Under the pieces are notes generated by a model. The model searched no databases, was not told the origin of the DNA, and saw only the letters and a program-made list of their open reading frames with translations. DNA of 63,530 nucleotides, the filler included, from Octopus bimaculoides (Eukaryota): the NCBI RefSeq assembly GCF_001194135.2. It is 5 parts of 5 records of this genome, joined end to end, with 100 filler letters (N's around TTAATTAATTAA, not from the genome) between each part and the next. Parts side by side here need not be neighbours in the genome. Positions count along the whole stretch, not along the records: positions 10,428 to 42,052 come from NC_068984.1; positions 42,153 to 48,234 come from NC_068983.1; positions 48,335 to 50,602 come from NW_026310020.1; positions 50,703 to 63,530 come from NC_069005.1; 1 more part is not named here. One strand, given 5' to 3'. Positions 39,867-52,830 of the stretch are shown here, piece by piece; the first letter of the stretch is position 1; the number at the start of each line of letters is the position of its first letter. The position numbers were made by a program, and so were the translations under genes.

Positions 39867-40289
39867 CGATGATGATGACGACGATGGTGATAATAAAAAA
39901 AATAGTTCAGATTATTGATCACATCACCAAATGTTCAGCAAAAAGTGAATCTTGCCATAGAGACTGAAGAGGTGATTAGAGTGGCAAACACGTGGTTCTA
40001 AGCCAGAGTGACACGGATGTCGGAATCTCGACTCGCCGAAATGTTACCCCTAATCTTTAACGACTATGAATGCCAAATCTTCAGTGTCGAAATATGAATG
40101 ATGAAATATAATATTCTTCGTCGCAGGTGAAGGCAACTTTTATAATCCGTTTCAAGATTTCTGAGATTTGTGAAAGAGAGAGAGGTAGTTATTCTCAGAC
40201 CAGTTACCTGGTCCGATTCTAGGTGTACCCAGCGAAAAATACTCAGAGGTCAGGTACTTTTTCTGCTTGGTGCGTCTGGAGAAAGAGGT

Positions 40290-41290
40290 AAAGCTCTCCT
40301 AGATCAATATCATTAATATTTCTCTTGAACCATCGCAAGTGAACACCTGCGGGAGAAAAATTATCAGGGAAGGAATTTCAAAGATCAGACTTTCTGTAAA
40401 TGAAAGGTGTGGGGAAGTTATTAGCGCAGAGTTTGGAGGGGGTACAACAAGGATGTCGAGGAGAGAAGAAACGAGTGAGTTGGAAATGCTTGAGTGGAAG
40501 TAGTAAGGTTCTAGCTAACCCTGAGAAGTAGAAATCATTATACAAACCATAGAAATGGCAGATTGAGAAACCAGTGCATCTGCGGATTAGAGGCTGGAGT
40601 GTGTCTGTGAGGGACTTTATGCCGATCAGTTGAATGAGTCTTTCTTTACAGTTGTCTACGATGTCTATGTGTTTAGCCGCCGCACTGTCTCACGTTTTGT
40701 GTTTGATCTAAGCTTTCTGGAATATCAGTGGTTGTTGAGGGATGAAATATTTTCTGGCTCTGAAGAGAAGAACCTATCGTTGCAATGCAGTCTTACTTAT
40801 GTTGAGGATGTTCCTTTTACTAGGAGAGACCTCAGTGATACAGAAGCCCAACGTTTGGAGTAATTATGAGGTTCTAGTTGAATAAGAGGCGCGTGGTGAT
40901 GACATTTTCTTGATACGAGTAGCGCTTGTGTATTCTTACTTTTGAAAGAGATAAGATCAACATGTTCTCATTAGAGGATGCTTTCGTGGCCTCTTGTCAT
41001 GGAATAAGTGCGTGTTTGGTTTGTGGTGTCTAAATTATGAATGGATAATGTACGGTTAGAGAAAGTTAGACAAAAATGAATGATAATAACAGTGGGCATT
41101 GATGGACATGACGATAAGTCATTGATGCATAGAAGATATTGGTGGGTTAATTCTTCTATCAACTTACATGTTGGGAAACTCATTGGTAGATTCTGAACCA
41201 GATCGTAATGCATGAGCAATGTGGGTTCTAACATTGATTTTTGCAGGACCAAAACCTGATACATACAGTAAATCTGTTTTAATATATGTA
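40290..41290 (-). mobile_element. Degraded CR1/L2-group LINE 3' half
   Basis: LLCINDLSSC, SKNTQALLVS, LIQLIGIKSLTDTLQPLIRR..FYGLYN..TRFFSPRHP..DL*NSFP..FKRNINDIDL. Confidence 0.65.
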
Positions 41291-42006
41291 ATGTCAATAT
41301 TTTGCTGAAGGATATTAACGTTAAAACGGACGTTGAATTGCCAAAACCAATATTGGAAGGCAGTTTGTTTTTATTTCATTTCAAATTCCATAGAAATGCA
41401 TTTCAAACTCTATAGCGCTCCTAGGAAATTCCGATATTAACAAGAAATCTTTTGCCTTTCTTTGAGACTGAAGAAGAGAAATGCCGGTTGTGAAAGTGTT
41501 AAATGAGCTCCAATAAACATCTAATTACAATTAAACCAGGAACCGAAGCTGATTATACAGTAGAAAGTTTTAAGTCAATTAAAATGTTCTCCTAAAAGTA
41601 AGCTTACTCTGAGTTTTAACGATTAGCTATTTTATTTTTGCATTCGACATTCATAATTGTCTACTGAAAAATTAAAGCGCTTCAGGAAACGGTGATAATG
41701 TAATAATTAATAACGATATGCTTGCACACGTAACTGAACATAAGTACAAACATTACTACATGTATACGTATTTATGTACATAGAAACACACTCACACAGA
41801 CACGCACAAACACATGCAGACATACTCACATGCAGACACGCACACAGTCCAATGACTCACACTTGCTCAGAAAGAGACATAGATACAAAGAAAAAGGGAA
41901 ATTAGTGAACAAGTCGAATGGAAATGAAATACAATGTATATTCTTTCTTTCTCTCTCTCTCTCTTTCTCTCTCTGTTTCCCTCCCTCCTTCTCCTCTCTC
42001 TCTCTC

Positions 42007-42052
<46 letters not shown>

Positions 42053-42721
42053 NNNNNNNNNNNNNNNNNNNNNNNNNNNNNNNNNNNNNNNNNNNNTTAA
42101 TTAATTAANNNNNNNNNNNNNNNNNNNNNNNNNNNNNNNNNNNNNNNNNNNNAACGTGAGTTATTTAGACATTAACAAATTTATTAGAATATTTAGCTGA
42201 AGATCAGAATAGAGTATTATGTACTCTTAACTGTGAAACAATTGTACTAAATTAACTAAAAGGCAAGTGTTTTTTACTCTTCTCTATTGTTTTTTGTTCT
42301 GTGTGTATCAAAAATATCGCTATCAATCTGGAGTAATAATTTGTAGTTTTGAAATCAGTAGTTCTTTGACTGCTATTTCTGAATTCTCAGTATGTTGGAG
42401 AAGCAGGTTACTGTCAATCCCTATATATTTATGATTATATATATATACATATATCTGAATGTGCGTGTATGTGTGTGTTTCTATGTACACTCACACATAC
42501 ACATACACTGAAGTGTACGCTGAATGTATATCCATCTATATGTATATATAGATATCCATACTCTGAAAGCAGGGCAAGTAAGTGTCTGAGTGAATGTATT
42601 TTTGCTAGGGAGAGAACGTGTGTGTTCAAGTGTGTCATCGTACGCCATTTCAATGCGTGAAAGAAGCGGAGGTTAAACAGACACTGCAGAGTAATATGTA
42701 GATAGAAAAATAGAAGATAAT

Positions 42722-42935
42722 CCTTTCTATTATAGGCGCATGGCCTGAAATTTTAAGGGAGAGGACCAGTTGATTACATTGATCCCAGTGTTTCACTAGT
42801 ACTTAATTTATCGACTCCAAAAGGTTGAAAAGCATAGTCGCGACCGGTGGTATTTGAACTCAGAACACAAAGACAGGTGAGGTAATGCTTAAGCTTTGTG
42901 CTTGGCATGCTAACGATTCGGCCAGCTCGGCGCTT
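42722..42935 (-). mobile_element. SINE family B, degraded
   Basis: gattacattgatcccagtg..tacttaatttatcgac..tttgaactcagaac..ggccagctcggcgc. Confidence 0.75.
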
Positions 42936-42939
42936 CAGA

Positions 42940-43262
42940 AATAGAGAATAATGTAGAGTGTAGTGAAAGAGACAGATAGTAAGAATTCGGTAAGAAAGAG
43001 AAAGAGGGAACGGTAAAGTTTGTTAGAAAGTGTGGGGTGGGGGTGGGAGGAATGAATAGAAGAAAGTAAGAGGAAAGAGAGGAGCGTGGAGTGAATAAGT
43101 AGATGGGAAATATTTGAAAGGAGAGATGTAATGAAAGAAAGAAAGAGAAAGGAAAGAAGAAAGAAAACATTTTGGAAGAAGGAATGAACGAAGAAACGAT
43201 AGGATGACAGACGGTAAGGAGGAGAGAAATATATGAAAAGGAAAGTAATTGTAATGAAATGA

Positions 43263-43312
<50 letters not shown>

Positions 43313-43933
43313 GAGGGAGGGATATATAGAAAGAAAGAAAGGAAGGAAGAAAGAAAGAAAGGAAGAAAGAAAGAAAGGAAGGAAAGAGCATTTTGGAAGA
43401 ACGAATGAACGAAGAAAAGATAGGATGTAAGACGGTAAGGAGGAGAGAAATATATGAAAACGAAAGTAAATGTAATAAAATGAAGAGAGAGAGAGGGGGT
43501 GGAGTGGGTGGAGAGAGAGAGGGAGGTGGAAAGAAAATTGAAAAGAAGGAAATTAAGAGTAAAAATAATGCAATTTAAATAATAAAAAAAACAGAGAGAA
43601 TAACCAAATGGGAAAACAAAAAAATGGTGGAAGGAAAGAAAGGTAAGGTGGAAATTAATAGAATAAAGAAGGGAGAGAAATGTATTGGAAAGAAGAAAGA
43701 AACATGAAAGTAAGATTGGGAGGCGAAAAGAAAGGAAGAAAGAGGTAGAAAGAGAAGACGAATAATAAGGAAGTAGAGAGAGAGAGAGAGAGGGGGAGAG
43801 AGAGAGATGTAGAGGGAGAGAAGGTAGAGGAAGCAGAGAAAGAGTGTACTGGGAGGTGAGAACGGTGAAGACGATGGAGGTAGAGTGAAATGTAGAAGGG
43901 AGATATATAGAAACAGAGACATAAATGTTTAGT

Positions 43934-43992
<59 letters not shown>

Positions 43993-44039
43993 ACAAATAG
44001 ATCAACAGATAGTGATATACATAAGCAGACAGACTGATG

Positions 44040-44072
<33 letters not shown>

Positions 44073-44149
44073 ATAAGCAGATAGATAGATATAGCTAAAT
44101 AGATAGTTAAACAGACAGACAGACAGACAGACAGACAGATAGATAGATA

Positions 44150-44193
<44 letters not shown>

Positions 44194-44800
44194 TAGATAG
44201 ATACAGATAAACAGATAGATAGATAGATAGATGATAGTGAAAATAGTGAAAGATAGGAAGTAGATTTAGGGAGTCGGAGGTAAAGAGGGGTAAGTAGTGA
44301 AAAGCGGGAAGGATGGGAGGAGAATGAAAGGAGAAGACAGAGAGAAGGAAAAAAGCTGAAGTTGAGGAAGTGGCAAGAGGTTGTAAGGAACGAAAGTGGA
44401 AAGATAAAGAGTAAAGACGTATGACAATAAAGGAGAGGAAAGAGGTAAAACAAAGTAAGAGAAGGTGGGCGCGAGGGAGAATAACATAGAGGAGAAAGAG
44501 AGTGAGTAGGGACGAAGAGGAGAGTAAGTAGGGACGAAGAGTTCAGGAAGATAAGAAAAGATTCCAGTGAATGAAAAGTAAGATGAGCAAGGAGAAGAGT
44601 AAGGAGTATAAGCGAAGGATGCGAGGAAGAGGAGTTTGAAGATGTGCTGCAAAGATGGAGGGGAAACAATGTAAGAATGGGGTTGCATTAGATAAGAGGA
44701 AAATGTGTAAAAAAAAAAGAGTGAATAAAGTAGGGGAGGTAATAAAGGAGAGGAAAGGAACGCGAAGATAGGCAAAGAAGGTGAGCAAAGGGTGCAAGAA

Positions 44801-44831
<31 letters not shown>

Positions 44832-44900
44832 AATTTGTAAAAAGAAAGAGAGGAAGAAGCAAAGTATGAAATAAATAAAGAGCAGAGGCGACGAGGGAGT
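42940..44900. repeat. Purine-rich (GA/GATA/GACA) low-complexity tract
   Basis: Strong G+A bias on the plus strand over ~1.9 kb, with embedded (GA)n, (GATA)n and (GACA)n. Confidence 0.85.
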
Positions 44901-45250
44901 GCAACGAAGAGTTAGGATGTAAAAGTTTACACAGCTTGATGCAATATTAACTGACACCAAACCGTTACTAATCGGCTTAAAATATTGTGGATTAGAAACT
45001 GTAGTCAAAGCAACTTAGCAGAGGAAGTGAATCAGAAGAAGAAAGGAGTAAAGGGGAGAGGAGGTCGAAGAGATGTAGCAAACACATTGCTCACACGCGC
45101 ACAAGTGCATGTGCACACACTCACACACACAAAAACACAAATACACACACACTGACACATGTACATACACACAAACACGTATATTTAGACACATATTTCA
45201 AAATATATATATCTTAATATATAAATATATATACACATTCATATATACAC

Positions 45251-45292
<42 letters not shown>

Positions 45293-45672
45293 CTGCGTGC
45301 GTGCGCGTGTATGCATATAAATGAAAATGTTTATATACATATATATTTATACATATACATACATATATACAAATATATATACATATANNNNNNNNNNNNN
45401 NNNNNNNNNNNNNNNNNNNNNNNNNNNNNNNNNNNNNNNNNNNNNNNNNNNNNNNNNNNNNNNNNNNNNNNNNNNNNNNNNNNNNNNNNNNNNNNNNNNN
45501 NNNNNNNNNNNNNNNNNNNNNNNNNNNNNNNNNNNNNNNNNNNNNNNNNNNNNNNNNNNNNNNNNNNNNNNNNNNNNNNNNNNNNNNNNNNNNNNNNNNN
45601 NNNNNNNNNNNNNNNNNNNNNNNNGCGTGTGTATGCGTGGGAGACAGAGTTAGATAGAGAGAGAATGAGGGA

Positions 45673-45744
<72 letters not shown>

Positions 45745-46911
45745 AAAAAAGAGCCTGTGTATATTGGTGTACATGCAAGGTTCGTTAAGATACGTTTCCG
45801 AAAACAATTGCAAATATAAACAAATAAATAATTGATAGTGTGTGCGTGTAAGTATATCTCGGTATATATATATGCATAAAGGAACATTCAAACACACACA
45901 CACACACACACACACACAGATACACACACATATGTATATGTTTACAAACATCGTGCGCACATACTTTTCTAAGATAATGTATGTACAAATTACATGTACA
46001 CATTATGCATCCAGGTGTATAAGTGCGAAGGTTTGACGAATGTGTAAAAAAGAGGTAGACATCGTATTTTTTCTTATGGTTCTGTAAATCACAGTATATC
46101 GGTATTGTATGAACTAAGAGTAAAGATCGTGATGATTATACGGTTATATGTGCGTGTGTCTGTGTTGCTAGATGTGTGTGTGTGTGTGCCTGAGTGTGTG
46201 TGTGTGTGCGTGTGTGTGTGTGCGTGCGTGTGTGTATGTGTATACAGATCAAAACCGGTGGTCTCAGAGCTAGAGTGACAAGAGTTATCTTCCACTTGCA
46301 ACAACCATCTAGTGAGAGAACCGCACTGAATAAATCAACTGTGGATGTCTTACTGGGTTAAATGACACCATCGTCATCTCTTAGAGGACAATCACATTAA
46401 AGTGGCCATTAACAATACATTATACATATATATTCTTTATTTGTGAATTAAGGCTACCATTGGTTTCATGTTAAGAAGAGTAGGAAAATATCCAAGTATC
46501 TTAACAATTTTCAAGCCAATCGCATGGACAAAGGTGTTCGCCTCCATTTTGGAAAACAATCTCGTTTCGGTCACGGGATTTCTCGTAAGATCGCCTAAAT
46601 GAAACAATGGAACAATGAATCAAGGGACGCTACTCTAGAAGCATTTTGGGGGATTTTATTTCCCTTGGATTTGTCTTTGCGGTAAATTTCTCAATGTTTT
46701 TCATATTTGTATTGTCTTGTTCTGGGCATGGTGTTTTGTGCCTGTATGTTGGGGTTTATTTCTTCTTTGTGTTGAGCTTGTGACATTTCTTCTTTGACAT
46801 TTCTTCTTTGTTGTGTGAAGTTTGTGTGCTATGTGTGCTCACATATGTGGAGGGGCTATCCTAGCAGGGTTGCACTCGTTTGTAGTTACCCTCGTTTATA
46901 GGGGATCCTGT

Positions 46912-47590
46912 TTAAAGCATTTTAGTGTAAAATATTACTTCTTTATGCAGGAAGATAATGTTTAAGATGTTGTCTGTTGATTGAATAATATTTAATTTTT
47001 CCGTAATGCAGAGTTCACATTTGGTGCCCTGTTCTCTATATGTTTTGGCTTTAGCAATGATTTTACATTCTATCTGGAGGTTGCTTATCCTACGGTCTTT
47101 CAATGTCCATATATTTGATAGGGATGTCGCATGTTATTTTGTTTTTGTCTTTGAATGACGCAAGGTTTTGTGTATACCTTTCCTTGAACGAGTTTCCCGT
47201 AATTGCGATATGCGTCTTTAGTATTCCGTTTGCGTCCGTAAACTTGGCTTTGTATACGAGTTCTTTTTAGAGACAGTTGTTGCTTAGAGGGGAGTAGTTT
47301 GGGGATCTGAAGTTGCACGGTCTTTCTGGGGTGTTTCTGGTGTGTTAATGATTATTGTGATTAAGTTTTATTGACCCTATATTGGAGAGGCAGCTATAGC
47401 TAACTTTAACTGTGTTTCTGTTGAAGATTTTGTGGTACTTGTGTGAATGTGGGAAGTGGTTGTCTATTAGTTTTAAGAATTTCCTACCTATGTTATTAGC
47501 TACATTCATGGTATAAGGCGGATGGATTGAAACATAGGATATTTCTCTGCGTCTTCTAGGTCTATTCGTGAAATTTTTCTTCATTCTATC
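46912..47590 (-). mobile_element. Second Penelope-like element fragment (C-terminal part and GIY-YIG), degraded
   Basis: HPPYTMNVANNIGRKFLKLIDNHFPHSHKYHKIFNRNTVKVSYSCLSN, ELVYKAKF, FKERY, KIIAKAKTY..CELCITEKLNII..ILN. Confidence 0.88.
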
Positions 47591-47752
47591 GATATCATGT
47601 CCGTTTTCATTGTGTACACATCTTAGGCCACACACACATACATGCACACACACAGACTTATATATATGTATATATATATCGAGAGAGAGAGAGACAGACA
47701 GTCAGACAGACAGACAGAGATATAGCTAGATAGATAGACAGACAGATAGTTG

Positions 47753-47811
<59 letters not shown>

Positions 47812-47822
47812 GTACTGACAGT

Positions 47823-48060
47823 CTGGGCAAGTGTCTTCTACTATAGCCCCGTGCCGATCAGAGCTTTTAAGTGGGTTTAGTAAAAAGAAGCCTATTGTAA
47901 ATGTGTGCATGTATGTCTTTTTGTTTCGCTCACCGCTTGACAACCGGTGGTGGTTTGTTTACGTGCTCTACCTTATCAGTTTGGAAAAAGGACCCGATAG
48001 AATATATACCAGTCTTAAAAAGAAAAAAAATAAATACGATGTTAGATTTGTTCGACTACA
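47823..48060 (+). mobile_element. SINE family A, degraded, headless
   Basis: tgggcaagtgtcttctactatagcc..accgcttgacaaccggtg..gatagaata. Confidence 0.65.
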
Positions 48061-48195
48061 TCCGATATGACGAGTTATCTTCCACTATAGCTGTGGAGTA
48101 ACCAATATCGTGGAAATGAATTTGAGAGGCGGAAACTATATAGAAGCCTGTCGTGTGTTAATATATATATATATCTTTGTTTGTGTTTGTGTGTG

Positions 48196-48230
<35 letters not shown>

Positions 48231-48340
48231 GTGTNNNNNNNNNNNNNNNNNNNNNNNNNNNNNNNNNNNNNNNNNNNNTTAATTAATTAANNNNNNNNNN
48301 NNNNNNNNNNNNNNNNNNNNNNNNNNNNNNNNNNTATATG

Positions 48341-48374
<34 letters not shown>

Positions 48375-48689
48375 TATATGTTGTGTGTGTATGTGTGTGC
48401 ATACACATGTGCATATATATAAATATGCATATATAAAAGAATGTTATTATTTATAGTTTTCTGTAAGCGCTTCAAGATATAGTATTCCAAAAAACGACTT
48501 ATTCTGTGATCTCTGGAAACTTTACATACTTCTTATGACGTCAACAATATGCATGTGTGTGTGTGTGTTTGTGTATGTGTGTGTGTATGTATGTATATAT
48601 GTATGTTTGTATGTATGCATGATATGCACACATATCCTTGTGGAAGTGTCTACGTGATTGTATTCTCATGGTTTAATGACTGGTGTTTG

Positions 48690-48862
48690 TTTGTTTGTTT
48701 ACGTCTCTGTAACTTAGCTGTTCGCCAAAAGAGTCTGATTTGTATAAAACTTTAATAAAGTAAGTACTGGGGTCGATTTGATAGACGAAGCCCTTCAAGG
48801 CGGTGGCCCCAGAATGTCCCCAGCCTACTGACTGAATCCAGTAAAAGAATAAAAGTGTAAAA
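48690..48862 (+). mobile_element. SINE family A 3' half
   Basis: tttacgtctctgtaacttagc..taagtactggggtcgatttg..gactgaatccagtaaaagaataaaag. Confidence 0.65.
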
Positions 48863-49074
48863 GAAAACAATTTGTTTAGAGCTCAGGTCAGGAGACGGCA
48901 CTGACCATTTACCAAATAGTTTGATATCTTTATCTCTGAGTTAGTCTTTCACGTATTTTGCAAAATGACCAGATTCACATTCTTGTTGGGATATAGTATA
49001 ATATAAATTGACATTTTCTTCAAAGTACCCAGTTAAGTTTTGAAGCTTATGGTTCTTCATTGATATGATGTAAA

Positions 49075-49200
49075 GGTACATGGTCTAGTTGTTAAGGTAG
49101 TTGGTCTCACCATCGGAAGATTGTGGTTTCGATTCCCGAGCCGAGCGGCGTTTTTTTTGTTTGTTTATGAGCATAACACTTTACTTCAAGTTGCTTTCGT
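49075..49200 (+). mobile_element. SINE family C, degraded
   Basis: catggtctagttgttaagg..ggtttcgattccc..tgagcataacactttacttcaagttgc. Confidence 0.55.
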
Positions 49201-49224
49201 GTGAAAGGATAGAACTATCGTTTC

Positions 49225-49790
49225 CTCTGTGTGTCGTAAAAGGCGACTACAAGAGGTTGAAGTAGGATTTGCACTCCGACCTCGTAAAGCCCTCACCAAC
49301 AACAACTACCCAAAACAGACCCATGTGTTGGAGGGTTCTCGGTTGTGTGGGGCAATGACGTCATCCGCCAAGAGAAGTTGGAAATCACCAATAAATGGTG
49401 AATGCAGCGACGCGTTGTTACAACGCCTGGCCTCATTTTACCACTACTATTTGAAGTAATTCAAATACCAGCTCATCTCATTGCCAAAAATGTTTTTCTC
49501 TTATTATAATGCGCCCTGGGTAACATAGCTTAACTCTGCCCTCTTAAACATCATGCCAAGACACACAAGAGAGGGAAATGCGCTCAAAGTAATCGAACGG
49601 TTCCTGGTTGAATATCTCCAACAAATTACAGATAAACCACCTACGCCTGGATATATCTCTGCAAGCAATAATACTTTGAGGTGCAATTGGAATTTGATAA
49701 ACGGCCGAACGAACGAAAGGAGCATTAGGTGTAAGCTGCTGAATGGATGTTTCGTCACTAAGCATGACTTTAAACCAGTTCTCCTTAACC
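49225..49790 (+). mobile_element. Probable 5' UTR and start of the APE domain of a LINE (RTE-like)
   Basis: Starts with tgtgtcgtaaaaggcgacta. TLRCNWNLIN near 49670-49700 resembles APE motif I (LRIATWNVRT). Confidence 0.4.
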
Positions 49791-50569
49791 ATATTTAATA
49801 TGATCCCTGCAAAATTATGGATGGTCTATGGTCTTAATCTGTGATACCGTTATCTATTCTGCTGGATGTTTAGCGAATTCACTAAGATCTGTCGGTAGTA
49901 AACGAGTTTTTACCATAAGGGTGTATTTTACTGTTGCTAACATGACGTTGCTAAATGCAACACAAAGACGATGAATCACACGAAACCATTATCAGTGTGA
50001 TGTGCTGTCGCAATTTCTGCTTGATCTGCCGAATGTTTTGTATTTACCTGTCTGTGGAAAGTATCAACAGAAACATTTTACTATTTTTTTTTTTAATCTA
50101 CTCAGTCACGCCAGATTGCCAGCGACTATATAGCTGCGCCCCGTCATTTCATTCCACTTCCTGGATGTAAATCAGTTCCACGAAACGCAAGATTTCTGTG
50201 ACCCGTTTTCATACGGAAATCCAATTACAAGAAATAATAATAAACATCCATATACATCACAGTATTTGAAATATTAAATAAATGTCTAAACTATGAAATA
50301 ATACATCATCATTCATATATCATGAAATGAAAAATAAATAAATTTTCTTAGTTTCTTACAAATAATTTATATATAATTCGTGTTTATCTTGTTTTTTCTT
50401 CATAAATCGTAGAACCTAGCTTCATGTTATCTAATATTCAATAATCGGTAACAAGAAGCATATATTTCTATGTATATGTCAGCATATATTTTATATGCAT
50501 GTTAGTGTCTGCACACACACACACACTCACGCACACACACACACACACACACACACGCTCACACACACA

Positions 50570-50602
<33 letters not shown>

Positions 50603-50740
50603 NNNNNNNNNNNNNNNNNNNNNNNNNNNNNNNNNNNNNNNNNNNNTTAATTAATTAANNNNNNNNNNNNNNNNNNNNNNNNNNNNNNNNNNNNNNNNNN
50701 NNATATATATTGGGTCATCCTACAAATAATGCTGTATTTG

Positions 50741-50851
50741 GAGAAAGATAGTTATAGTCAGTTCATTGTGCTACCCAGGGTTTCGCGTCGTATATAAAGG
50801 TAAGTGCCTTATGGACGCGAAATCTTGGGCAACCCAATGAGCCGGCCATAA

Positions 50852-50860
<9 letters not shown>
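50741..50860 (+). ncRNA. pri-miRNA-like long hairpin
   Basis: 50774-50789 pairs with 50814-50829 (16 contiguous bp, 2 G.U). An in-register lower stem pairs 50761-50773 with 50830-50842. Putative precursor 50774-50831 is 58 nt. Confidence 0.45.
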
Positions 50861-50888
<28 letters not shown>

Positions 50889-51099
50889 TCTGTATCTCTC
50901 TCTCTCTCCCTCTCTGTATCTCTCTCTCTCTCCCTCTCCCTCTCTGTATCTCTCTCTCTATATGTATACATATGTATGTATATATATGTATATTACAATA
51001 TAACAATAAGATATTATATATATATAGGTGTATGTGTGTGTGTATTTTGTGATAAAATTAGTACTTTCATGAGTTACATTACACAATCATCAGTTTTAT

Positions 51100-51180
<81 letters not shown>

Positions 51181-51266
51181 ACAGTCGTGTTCCACAATTG
51201 AGACAAGTGCAGTGAAATGAGTACTAGTTTTATCACAGTAAATAAATATATAATATTCTATTACTA

Positions 51267-52480
51267 TTAGGTTGTCCGGAAAGTTCTGAGCGTTTTTAAG
51301 CTAAATTTTTAATGCTTCATTGAACACACATGAAACGTAACACAGTTAAAACTTTGGCATTGCTTGAAGTGGTAGGGCATCTTTCCTTTGTTCCTGACTA
51401 AAAATAGATTCATCTTTCATTCTCTTTATCCCTTATTGACATTTGAAATGGATAATCAAAAATTTTATATTCGTGTTGCAATGCTTTTCTTTTTTTAAAA
51501 AGTTGAAAATGTTTCAAAGCATGCAAAAACATTTGTGAAGTTTATGGTGATGTTGTTGTAGGCGAATCAACTGTTCGAAGCTGGAGAAATTACCTTGGAA
51601 GATGACAAGCGCAGTGGAAAACCTTCAAATTTGGATGAAGTTGTTTTGATGACAAAAATCGAAGGAAAATCAAATATCATGACTAGAGAATTTGAAGAGG
51701 AGTTGAAAGTTTCTAAAAGTACGGCTCATGAACCCCTAGTGAAGCTAGGATATATTTCTTGCTAAAATGTATGGGTCCCTCACAAACTTTCAGAAAAGAA
51801 TTGCTTGGCCCGGTATTCCGTTGATGATATGCTTTTGAAATAGAATGAAAGCATGCCTTTTTGGAAACAACTTGTGACTGGAAATGAACAATGGATTGTG
51901 TACGAAAACATAATGCAAAATCGAGCCTGGAGTTTGCGTAAGGATCCCACAAAAGACGAATATCCATGCCAAAAAAGCTACGCTTTGTGTTTGGTGGGAT
52001 CTTAAAGACATTATTTATTATGAGCTTCTCCCACAAAACCAGGTCATAAATTCTGATGTATACTGTCGTCAGCTGGCTAATTTGAACCAAACAAAATCAA
52101 AGAATTAGAGCCGGATATTCACAACAGGAATGGGGTAGTGTTCCAACATGACAATGCATGACTACATGAACTTGGCTGGGATTTCTTACTCCATTCACCA
52201 TATTCTCTTGATATTGCGCCATCTGACTGACTACCTCTTGCTTTTGTCTCTTCAGAACTTATTGCAAGGAAAAGCATTTAACAATTTAGATGGAGTGAAA
52301 ATGCATCTAGATAACTTTTTTTCTCCAAAACCAGTGAAATTCTATGCTGGTGGAATATTTAAACTGCCTGATAGATGGTCAAAGGTCATTGATAATAATG
52401 GAAATTATTTCATTGAATAATATTTATTTATATCCCTTTCTGCATATTAAAAAACGCTCAGCACTTTCCGGACTACCTAA
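51267..52480 (+). mobile_element. Full-length mariner (cecropia/Hsmar1-like), 1214 bp, 31-bp TIRs, TA TSD
   Basis: Left TIR ttaggttgtccggaaagttctgagcgttttt and right TIR with 2 mismatches. TA at 51265-51266 and 52481-52482. Confidence 0.95.
51448..52420 (+). pseudogene. Mariner transposase pseudogene
   Basis: MDNQK..ICEVYG..RSGKP..WVPHKL..LVTGNEQWIVY..LCVWWD..FQHDNA..SLDIAPSD..RWSKVIDNNGNYFIE*. Stops, frameshifts, and first catalytic D>N. Confidence 0.92.
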
Positions 52481-52639
52481 TATAATATTGTAAAATTGTA
52501 AAAATTGTAAATAATAAAACGTGAAAAGAATGCTAGGTTGAATTTCATTGATTAATATATCCTTCCATACATAATCATACAGGTTCGGATGTGTGTGTGT
52601 GTTTGTGCGCGCGCGCGTGTATGTATGTATGCATGTATG

Positions 52640-52830
52640 TGTGTATGAATGTATATAGATTCACGCAGCTTCCGTGCAGTTTCTGTCTACCAATACTTGT
52701 ACCAACCATCTATTGGTCAGTCGAAAGCTCTGCTATTAAACTATTAAACAAATGCCAAAGGTATCATGCAGTGGTATTGAAATCGGAAACAACATGATTG
52801 TTAAGCGAACACCTTAACGACACAACAATG
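52640..52830 (-). mobile_element. SINE family A 5' fragment, old
   Basis: cagtttctgtctaccaa..ccaaaggtatcatgcagtggtattgaaatcggaaac. Confidence 0.5.

Noticed and set aside
46550-46610. ..gaccgaaacg downstream of the second PLE as a pLTR hammerhead
   Set aside because: The CUGANGA core is not recoverable, so it is too decayed to call.
51050-51100. Minus-strand CUGAUGA...GAAAGUACUA hammerhead-like string
   Set aside because: No stem II, and stem I is out of register.
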